From Cenarchaeum sp. (GTDB taxonomy: Archaea > Thermoproteota > Nitrososphaeria > Nitrososphaerales > Nitrosopumilaceae): a stretch of 64,000 nucleotides of DNA. The DNA lies in assembly GCA_965242695.1 (NCBI GenBank), contig CBDESU010000002.1:704001-768000 (forward strand), written 5' to 3'. Shown piece by piece: positions 56,636 through 64,000 of the stretch. The translations under genes were made by a program, and so were the position numbers. Each line of letters begins with the position of its first letter. Within the stretch, counting starts at the first letter, position 1. The notes under the pieces are model-generated. The model was given only the letters and a program-made list of their open reading frames with translations, made no database searches and was not told where the DNA came from.

Positions 56636-57892
56636 CTATGCGGGCGCCCCCCTCCGGCGCCCCTTATTGCCCCTATTCCCGCCGCCGATCACGGCGTTCA
56701 GCATCTCGTGGACGGTGTTGGGGCCGGCGCGGACGCTGACCTGCATGCGCCGGGCCCCGGCCGCCATCTCCTCGGCGCGGGACAGGATGCCATGAACCGC
56801 CTTTGTCCCGTCCTTTCGAGCACTGGCGTCTGTCGTCGCCGCCGTAGCCGCCAGCCGGGCGGCTTCTTGGGCAAACCCCTCGAACCCGGCCGCCGCCGCG
56901 TTGGCGAATATCTCGTCCTCGAGCGCCCCGAGCGGGGCGTACGCGGCGATGCCCCTGCGGGCCAGCTCGCCTGCCGCCGCGTCGATTGCGGCCTGCGAGT
57001 CTACGACGGGCGAGACGGGCAGGACGGCCCGCTTGATCCCGCCTCCTTCGGCCATCTTTGCGGCCAGCAGGCACGAGGCGAGCAGGCGCACGGCGCGGCC
57101 GCCCGGCGCCTTTTTGATCCGGATGAACTCGATGCCTACCGGCTCTCCTCCGAGCAGGGATGCGGCGGTGCGCGGCACCAGCCTGCCGGCCGCCTTGGCA
57201 AGCCTCCGCAGCTCTGCCTCGGTCGAGTACGCCACGGACATGCGCACGTCGTACCCCTGCCTGATCGCCTCGAGGCATGCGGCCGCCGAGAGGCCGTCGA
57301 ACATGCAACATGCGACGGGCTCGGGGTGCGTGCCGGCTGGCACTCCACCCACCCCCCTGTCCGCAAACAGGCACGCGTACGAGTGCCTGGCCGTAACATA
57401 TGCGTACAGCTCGCGGTCGTGCCTTGCGGGCGTGCCCGGCTTGGCGCCGATGCCCGCATGCTTTTCGATAATCGACGAGGTTGCGGCCATCTCCAGATCG
57501 CCGGGAACGTACCCCCTTGGCCGCCCCTCGGCCTTCACCAGATACATCTCGCCCTCGAGCAGGATGCTCCCTGCCACCTGCGATACGGCCTCGGCGGCGT
57601 CCGCCAGCGTTGCGCCGGCCCGCCGCGCAATGCCGACCCTTTGTACGCCCGACAGCATGCCGACGGCCGCCGAGGCCAGTACGGGGTCCGCGGCCCCCTC
57701 CACTACGACGAGCGAGCCATCCCTAGCGATCGACTTGAACGGCTGGCCGGCCGACTTGAGAGCCGACCTGACGTTGCGAGCAAGCGACACCGTTTTTTTT
57801 TTGGCAAACACGGTGGGCACGGCTATTACAAAGAGTGAGCTACATGGTCCAGCCGACCAGCCATCGTTTTTTTCAGGCATCTGATTATCCAT
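56636..57892 (-). CDS. Degenerate ThiI/THUMP-like protein
   Basis: THUMP-like N-half, DRGVGGVPAG, MFDGLSAAACL in place of the SGGxDS PP-loop. Confidence 0.65.
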   Translation of the reverse strand: MDNQMPEKNDGWSAGPCSSLFVIAVPTVFAKKKTVSLARNVRSALKSAGQPFKSIARDGSLVVVEGAADPVLASAAVGMLSGVQRVGIARRAGATLADAAEAVSQVAGSILLEGEMYLVKAEGRPRGYVPGDLEMAATSSIIEKHAGIGAKPGTPARHDRELYAYVTARHSYACLFADRGVGGVPAGTHPEPVACCMFDGLSAAACLEAIRQGYDVRMSVAYSTEAELRRLAKAAGRLVPRTAASLLGGEPVGIEFIRIKKAPGGRAVRLLASCLLAAKMAEGGGIKRAVLPVSPVVDSQAAIDAAAGELARRGIAAYAPLGALEDEIFANAAAAGFEGFAQEAARLAATAATTDASARKDGTKAVHGILSRAEEMAAGARRMQVSVRAGPNTVHEMLNAVIGGGNRGNKGRRRGAPA

Positions 57893-58111
57893 TTTCTACA
57901 CCTAACAAACTTTTTTCTGGTCAACATTGTTACTGGGCATTAGATTTTTGTACGTGACACCAGTAATATATCAAAGCGCAAAGATTTTGAACACTTTTTG
58001 TATTAGACATGTTACGCTTTAGAAGCACTTCATATTTATAATTATGATTGTGTCGGCAAACTACCTCGAGATTTAAAGTCACCCCTACCCTCTCCCACAA
58101 ACAACAAATAT

Positions 58112-59524
58112 TTATTTTTCTTTTTGCGTGTACACATCAATGATATATGGGATCGCCCTTACTATATCACTGTTGTTGATTATTTTAGATCGATATTTAC
58201 CATGCCCGCCTACCATGTTGATTTTTTTGCCATTTTTAATCATGTACTTAACAAAGCCCATATCATCTTCAGCCACATCCAGCTGTCCAGTAATATAGAT
58301 GACATTTAGTGATTTTTTAAGTACTTCTATCACGCAGAACAACCTGCCAGATGTCGATGAACGCCAACCGATATATCTCACCGTTGCCTTGATTTCGACT
58401 CCTGGAATATTTGTACCTAGCCTACCCCGCAGTTCTCTGTAAAGCGCCCGTGTTTCGTTAGATCCGTGTGTACTCAAGTAGCCTTCTTCACTATACTGCT
58501 CCAATGATCTCGATCCTAGATTCCTTCCGTGTCCATGCCTGTTACTAGCGTTTTTGTTCTCTCCGTCATGAACTTGTTTGACGTAGCGAATTGCTCTTGT
58601 CACGCCATCTTCATTTTCTATTTTAGATCTATAATGACCAGAACCACGACTGCCAATTTTCGTGCCGTCAGGCCTAACCATGTGTTGTACAAAAGATCTG
58701 TCTTTGTGTTCTATGATTAGGCGTTTCGTTGTATAGCTTAGCTCTAATGATTTTTTTCGTACTTCAACTGTACAAATTATCTTGTCATGCTCATTCACCA
58801 TATTAATGACATACTTCATTGATTTTATTTTTAAGTCTGGCATGTTTTTAGCGAGGTCTGCCTTAAGTTTATTATAGAGATTATGTGTTTCGGCAGAGGC
58901 TTTTTTCAAATGTGTATTCTCGGGGGTTGTTTTTTCAATGGGCAATACATCTTCTTGTTTTTGATGAGTAGCATCTTCTTGTTTTTGATGAGTAGCATCT
59001 TCTTGTTTTTGATGAGTAGCATCATTTAACGTCATGACGCCATTCTCGTACCTTATAATTTGATACAATTCTACTGGTTCACCCCCTCCCCTCGCTGCAG
59101 AAAGCTGGTGTTCAGTAAAAGATGGTGATATTATAATAGCCCTGCTTTTATCCCACGCAATATCATTTTTAGTAAAATTTTTACCGCGTTTTTCATGGTA
59201 TAGCTGTAGAAAGTCAGCTTTTCTCTCAGTCATCAGACTTAAATAGCTTTTTACTTGTTCTATTGCCCCCTGCATCTTATTTTTCTTATACTCGATAAGC
59301 ACAAAGGTCTTAGATTTTATGTTGAACGCAACGGTGTCTATTCTCTGATTTGCTATTACAAATTCACGCTTCACAAATTCATGGTCGGGGAATATCACGC
59401 TTAGGTTCTCCTCGATCAGATCCTGTATGGCCCTCTCATCGCCAAATCCGCCCTTCGTTTTCTTGATCTCTTCTAGGCTGCCTTCTGTTCCTTTGAAGAT
59501 CGCCCGGAATATTCTTGCCGCCAC
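58112..59524 (-). CDS. PD-(D/E)XK nuclease (NucS/Mrr-like) with two DUF5655-like domains
   Basis: ERAIQDLIEENL...REF...RIDTVAF...VLIEYK; duplicated C-terminal domain (LY..LK/R...IK....YI/V...C.VEV.KKSL...G.G.YRSKI.N...RAI.Y). Confidence 0.7.
   Translation of the reverse strand: MAARIFRAIFKGTEGSLEEIKKTKGGFGDERAIQDLIEENLSVIFPDHEFVKREFVIANQRIDTVAFNIKSKTFVLIEYKKNKMQGAIEQVKSYLSLMTERKADFLQLYHEKRGKNFTKNDIAWDKSRAIIISPSFTEHQLSAARGGGEPVELYQIIRYENGVMTLNDATHQKQEDATHQKQEDATHQKQEDVLPIEKTTPENTHLKKASAETHNLYNKLKADLAKNMPDLKIKSMKYVINMVNEHDKIICTVEVRKKSLELSYTTKRLIIEHKDRSFVQHMVRPDGTKIGSRGSGHYRSKIENEDGVTRAIRYVKQVHDGENKNASNRHGHGRNLGSRSLEQYSEEGYLSTHGSNETRALYRELRGRLGTNIPGVEIKATVRYIGWRSSTSGRLFCVIEVLKKSLNVIYITGQLDVAEDDMGFVKYMIKNGKKINMVGGHGKYRSKIINNSDIVRAIPYIIDVYTQKEK
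58948..59023 (-). repeat. 24-bp in-frame tandem repeat (DATHQKQE, 3 copies)
   Basis: CATCTTCTTGTTTTTGATGAGTAG three times. Confidence 0.92.
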
Positions 59525-59832
59525 GACTCCGCCCCGCCATGAGGCGTTAATATAGTTTGGTCTGACCTGATGGGCGTTGCTCGCTCTTTGGCGGTTAGGC
59601 ATGTCGCGTGGCACTGCCGCCTTGGTATGCCACACAAGTACCAGAGGGGCCTGATCGTGCTACCTAGCGGAACGCCACTGGCTTGCTCGGTTGTGGGCGC
59701 AGTCCCTCGTTGTAATGGTTATAAACCCCTGCTGTTTGCGCGCACTGACGAAATGCCTAAGCGAGGTCGCCGTGCACTTGTTGGCCTTGTTTCAAACGTC
59801 CTGGATTACCTAACAGTATCGGGAGGATCAAA

Positions 59833-61239
59833 ATGCCCAATTTAGGAAAGGACACACTGCGAAAACAGAGCCTTCGACGCAGCGCCAACGTCCGCGTACC
59901 TCTTAAAACCACTGCCGAGGCAAACAGTGACTGGACATTTCGAGACATAAGCACTCAAAAGTATACCCATGGCATACATCTGTACCCTGCTAGGATGCAT
60001 CCAGAAATTGCTCGGCGTGTTATTTCCAAATATGCCCATCCATCTGATGTAGTATTTGATCCATTTATGGGGTCGGGTGGGGTCCTCCTTGAATCAATTT
60101 TGCATGGTAATAACGCAGTAGGGCTAGACATAAATCCGCTGGCAGTTCTTATATCTAAAGTTAAGACAACAATTTTTAAAAATAACAAAATTTCGTTAAT
60201 ACCAAAGTTTCTGGAAACAATTTTATCAGACAGTAACCACGCATTTAAACGGGGGGGGGGGGGGAGACAATGGGATAATCAACCAAATTTATTATGCTCT
60301 AATAACTTGTATCCAAGTGAATACGATACAACTGGATGGTTTGATACTCATACATTGATCCGTCTTGGTCTATTAAAACGAAGTATGATCAAAGTTACTG
60401 ACGATGACATTTTAAATTTTTTTAAGATCTGTTTTTCGTTAACAGTTAGAAAATCTAGCTGGCAACGCAGTGGTTCATGGAAAATTCATAGAATTCCAGA
60501 ATTGGATCGTTGTGGAGCCAGTCCTGATCCATTTGCTATTTTTAACAATGTATGTAACGCTAATATTAAAAAAATCAAAAATTTGGCTATGATGCATCCC
60601 GTCGGACGAGCGTATCCTCTGCTCGGAAACACCAAAGAAGTTGACCTGAATTTTAAACGCGTAACACATATACTTCAAGACAAAAAAGCAAACCTCGTCG
60701 TCACGTCACCTCCATATGGAGACCACAAAACAACGGTTGCATACGGGCAATTTTCGCGCCATTTGAGTCACTGGCTAGATCTTCCCGTTGATGAAGTTCG
60801 AACCGTTGACAGTATGGGATTAGGTGGGAAAAATTATAAAACAAATAATGATCTTGAATCGCCAGCTTTAGGCCACACACTCACTAAGATACAAAAAAAT
60901 GATGTTAAACTGACAAAAAACAAAAAACCATGCAGGGACCGTGAAGTTTATGCATACTTTTATGACCTTGATCAATGTTTGGAACAGATTTCTCAATGTC
61001 TCGTGACCGGCAAAAGTCATGCATGTTTTGTTGTGGCCAACCGAACCGTCAGGCGCATCACTATCCCTACCGACACAATATTGATTGAACTTGGACGCAA
61101 GTACGGATTTGTCGTCAAAAACACAATGCAACGACAGATTCCAAACAAGCGAATGCCAATCCGTAATGCTCCCGAAAACATAACAAATGCGGTTGGCAAA
61201 ACGATGACCCAAGAGTCTATTATTATTATGAGGTGTTAA
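59833..61239 (+). CDS. Type II DNA methyltransferase, N4-cytosine type (M.MvaI-like, alpha motif order)
   Basis: THGIHLYPARM, VFDPFMGSG (motif I), VVTSPPY (motif IV); followed by an MvaI/BcnI-family gene. Confidence 0.88.
   Translation: MPNLGKDTLRKQSLRRSANVRVPLKTTAEANSDWTFRDISTQKYTHGIHLYPARMHPEIARRVISKYAHPSDVVFDPFMGSGGVLLESILHGNNAVGLDINPLAVLISKVKTTIFKNNKISLIPKFLETILSDSNHAFKRGGGGRQWDNQPNLLCSNNLYPSEYDTTGWFDTHTLIRLGLLKRSMIKVTDDDILNFFKICFSLTVRKSSWQRSGSWKIHRIPELDRCGASPDPFAIFNNVCNANIKKIKNLAMMHPVGRAYPLLGNTKEVDLNFKRVTHILQDKKANLVVTSPPYGDHKTTVAYGQFSRHLSHWLDLPVDEVRTVDSMGLGGKNYKTNNDLESPALGHTLTKIQKNDVKLTKNKKPCRDREVYAYFYDLDQCLEQISQCLVTGKSHACFVVANRTVRRITIPTDTILIELGRKYGFVVKNTMQRQIPNKRMPIRNAPENITNAVGKTMTQESIIIMRC
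60251..60264 (+). repeat. G14 homopolymer inside the methyltransferase ORF
   Basis: AAAC-G14-AGAC encoding RGGGGR, currently in frame. Confidence 0.9.
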
Positions 61240-61241
61240 AG

Positions 61242-61952
61242 ATGCAAGAATATGCACAATTAGTTGACCAGTTGCCTTATATTGAAGCAATGGGATATGT
61301 TCGTACACATCGCAGTGGCGATACCGGCGTGGGTAAAACACTAGAAGATCTTTTGCACATACGAGAGAACAATTTTGCGGGACCCAATGGTCATATGACA
61401 GAGTTAAAATCTGGCCGAAAAAATGCAACAGGGATGCTTACTTTATTTACAAAGTCTCCTCTACCACGTAAGATCAATAGGCAGTTAGTTGAAAAATTTG
61501 GAACACGTGATCAAAACGGTAGATTAAAATTACATACGACGATAAACGCTCTTTCTAGAAATACGTTGTATGGCAATTCCGGTTTTATTATAAAAGTGAT
61601 GCAAGCTACGATTGTTTTAGATCATCCTCAATATGCAGATTTGCCTGTTCCATATTGGAATCGAGATGATCTCGAGAAAGCTTTTACCAAAAAATACCCC
61701 CAAAATTTATTATATGTTAAAGCTGACCACAAGGGACATGGCATCGACGAAGAATTTCACTATAATGAGGCGTGGCTTATGTCTGGATTTAGCTTTAGTC
61801 GCTTTATTGATCTACTGATGAGCCGACAAATTTTGGTCGACATTAGACTAGGTCGTCACCCTGACGGTAGGCTACATGACCATGGAACAGGCTTCCGTGT
61901 CACTAAGAGCAATTTAGATTTGTGCTTTGAGCATAGAAAGCAAGTCCTTTGA
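61242..61952 (+). CDS. MvaI/BcnI family restriction endonuclease
   Basis: GDTGVGKTLEDLL..ENN..GPN....ELKS, LTLFTKSP, DIRLG, HDHGTGFR; alternative GTG start at 61233 overlaps the MTase stop. Confidence 0.85.
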   Translation: MQEYAQLVDQLPYIEAMGYVRTHRSGDTGVGKTLEDLLHIRENNFAGPNGHMTELKSGRKNATGMLTLFTKSPLPRKINRQLVEKFGTRDQNGRLKLHTTINALSRNTLYGNSGFIIKVMQATIVLDHPQYADLPVPYWNRDDLEKAFTKKYPQNLLYVKADHKGHGIDEEFHYNEAWLMSGFSFSRFIDLLMSRQILVDIRLGRHPDGRLHDHGTGFRVTKSNLDLCFEHRKQVL

Positions 61953-62040
61953 TTGCCAACTTTTAGCGCGCCCCTGAGCGGCGTGCTTGCTTTTAGGATG
62001 GTTCATAATAGTTATAACCTGCACATGTGGCGCCGGCTCG

Positions 62041-62790
62041 TTGGCAGGGCTCACGCAGGCGCAGGTCGACGGCCTCAACTCGACCATCCGCACCGCCGAC
62101 GAGGCCCTGCGGTGGGCCTCGGACAACCTCCACCCCCGGGTGGCCAAGGCGTCGAGCTTTGGGGCCGAGGATGCGGCCGTCACGGACATGATGGTGCAGA
62201 TCAACCCAAGGTTCAGGTTCTTCACGCTCGACACGGGTCGCCTGCCAAAGGAGACGTACGAGGCCATGGACGCCGTCCGCAAGAGGTACGGCATAGACCT
62301 AGAGGTGCTGTTCCCCGACGCGACAGAGGTCGAGGAGATGGTCCGCACCAAGGGCGTCAACCTGTTCTACGACAGCGTAGAGAACCGCCGGCTGTGCTGC
62401 GCCGTGCGCAAGGTCCACCCGACGGCCCGCATCCTCAAGACGCTCGACGGCTGGATAACCGGGTTGCGGCGCGACCAGACGCCCGACCGCGCCGACGCCC
62501 GCATGTTCGAGCTCGACGAGTCGCGCGGCGGTCTGCTCAAGATCAACCCCATCATAGACTGGTCGCTGGAGCGGGTTTGGGATTATATTAGGAGCCGCGG
62601 GGTTCCCTACAACAAGTTGCTCGACGAGGGATACCCCAGCATTGGCTGCGCGCCGTGCACGCGCGCAGTAAAGCCCGGCGAGGATACGAGGGCCGGCCGG
62701 TGGTGGTGGGAGCAGGACGACCACAAGGAGTGCGGCCTGCACGTGGGGCCGGCCGGGCAACTCGAGCGCGGGGGCGAGGGCAGTGGCTGA
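62041..62790 (+). CDS. cysH: Phosphoadenosine/adenosine phosphosulfate reductase
   Basis: [44 protein letters not shown]; TTATAA box at about 62012. Confidence 0.93.
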   Translation: MAGLTQAQVDGLNSTIRTADEALRWASDNLHPRVAKASSFGAEDAAVTDMMVQINPRFRFFTLDTGRLPKETYEAMDAVRKRYGIDLEVLFPDATEVEEMVRTKGVNLFYDSVENRRLCCAVRKVHPTARILKTLDGWITGLRRDQTPDRADARMFELDESRGGLLKINPIIDWSLERVWDYIRSRGVPYNKLLDEGYPSIGCAPCTRAVKPGEDTRAGRWWWEQDDHKECGLHVGPAGQLERGGEGSG

Positions 62791-63931
62791 CGCCGCCTCC
62801 GCCCAGGGCATCAGGCCGCACGGCGGCCGGCTCGTGGACCGCCACTCCTCGACCGACACGTCCGGCATGGAGGCGTTCGACATACCGGCCGACCTGTCCA
62901 ACGACGTCGAGAATATAGCCGACGGCATATTCAGCCCGCTCGAGGGCTTTCTCACACGCGGCGACCTAGAGAGCGTGGTGAATGGCGGCCGCCTAGCGGA
63001 CGGGACGGCCTGGACCATACCGATCGTCCTCGACGCCGATGCGCAGGAGGCGGCCCGCATGCGGGACGCCGGCGACGTGCTGCTGCGCGGAGCCAACGGC
63101 GGCGAGGCCGTCCTGCACGTGGAGGAGTCGTACCCGTACGACAAAAAGGCCGTCGCGCTCGGCGTGTACGGGACGGACGACCCCGACCATCCGGGCGTGG
63201 CCCGCACGATGTCGATGCGCGACACGCTAGTCGGCGGCCGCATAGACCACACCCGCCGGCCGGCGGCGGACGAGTCGCGCCGGTACAGGCTCACCCCGAG
63301 CCAGACGCGCGCGGCCTTTGCCGAGTCCGGCTGGAAGACCGTATCGGCGTTCCAGACGCGCAACCCGCCGCACGTGGCCCACGAGATGCTCCAAAAGGCG
63401 TCCATTGCGACCAGGGACGGCGTGTTCGTCAACCCACTCATAGGCAGGAAGAAGGCCGGCGACTTTGCCGACGACGTGATCGTAAGGTGCTACGAGGCCG
63501 TCATCGAGCACTACTACCCGAGGGACAGGTGCAGGATGGCCACGCTGCACACGGAAATGCGCTACGCGGGGCCAAAGGAGGCCATACACCACGCGATAAT
63601 GAGGCAGAACTACGGCTGCACGCACATCATCATCGGCAGGGACCACGCCGGGGTGGGCAGCTACTACGACCCGTTCGCCGCGCACCGCATATTCGACGAC
63701 TATGGGGACCTGGATATCGAGCCGATATTCTTCCCCGCCTTCTTCTACTGCCGCAGGTGCCTGACGTACACCAACCCAAAGGCATGCCCGCACGGCGACG
63801 GCGACAGGGAGCAGATCAGCGGGACAAAGCTGCGGCAGATGATACAGGACGGGCAGGCGCCGAGCGAGTACATACTGCGCCCCGAGGCGTCCAGGATCAT
63901 ACTCGAGCACCCGGCGCCGTTCGTCTCCTAG
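62783..63931 (+). CDS. sat: Sulfate adenylyltransferase
   Basis: [48 protein letters not shown]. Confidence 0.96.
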   Translation: MADAASAQGIRPHGGRLVDRHSSTDTSGMEAFDIPADLSNDVENIADGIFSPLEGFLTRGDLESVVNGGRLADGTAWTIPIVLDADAQEAARMRDAGDVLLRGANGGEAVLHVEESYPYDKKAVALGVYGTDDPDHPGVARTMSMRDTLVGGRIDHTRRPAADESRRYRLTPSQTRAAFAESGWKTVSAFQTRNPPHVAHEMLQKASIATRDGVFVNPLIGRKKAGDFADDVIVRCYEAVIEHYYPRDRCRMATLHTEMRYAGPKEAIHHAIMRQNYGCTHIIIGRDHAGVGSYYDPFAAHRIFDDYGDLDIEPIFFPAFFYCRRCLTYTNPKACPHGDGDREQISGTKLRQMIQDGQAPSEYILRPEASRIILEHPAPFVS

Positions 63932-64000
63932 CTCCGCGCGGATGGGCCGCCTTCTTCCTATCCGGCAAACCGCTCGTCCAGCCTGTAGGCGTCGACTACC

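Larger units (their letters stand above)
57830..61960. mobile_element. AT-rich horizontally acquired defence island (nuclease-DUF5655-like gene, DNA methyltransferase, MvaI/BcnI nuclease)
   Basis: Abrupt drop from about 70% to roughly 35-40% GC between the thiI-like gene and cysH; no integrase or transposase seen; boundaries approximate. Confidence 0.7.

Noticed and set aside
1-57800. Avoidance of CCWGG/CCSGG as evidence for the R-M target site
   Set aside because: Both sites are visibly frequent in host DNA; specificity cannot be inferred without counts or methylome data

Overview
This is a very GC-rich (roughly 70% by eye) chromosomal segment of an ammonia-oxidising archaeon (Nitrososphaerota/Thaumarchaeota, Nitrosopumilaceae-like). 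The high GC and the giant NHL-repeat protein suggest a sponge-symbiont lineage, but that is inference. Core genes include pyrE, cbiE, a cyclophilin with a CFI-box C-terminal tail, ndh, hsp20-cdc48, parB, cdvB, queE-folE-queC, thrB, a GPN GTPase, cysC/cysQ and cysH-sat. About 20 kb (10.9-31.0 kb) is an expanded urea/nickel island: ureABC, ureEFGD, a His-rich Ni permease, two DUR3 urea symporters (one fused to a USP domain) and an Lrp regulator. Nested inside it is a sub-module of ureohydrolase, orphan urease-gamma-like protein, a third SSS transporter and a divergent thermosome paralogue with a His-rich tail. Promoters in this sub-module share a palindromic CGTA-N3-TACG site. This is the best candidate for an undescribed system: uptake and hydrolysis of a guanidino compound to urea and then ammonia. 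Other notable items are an AT-rich defence island (57.8-62 kb) whose N4C-type methyltransferase carries an in-frame G14 tract (possible phase variation) beside an MvaI/BcnI-family nuclease; a flippase-like protein fused to three copies of an unrecognised domain; and several promoter-associated structured-RNA candidates. All calls come from visual motif recognition with no database searches, and start codons are best guesses.
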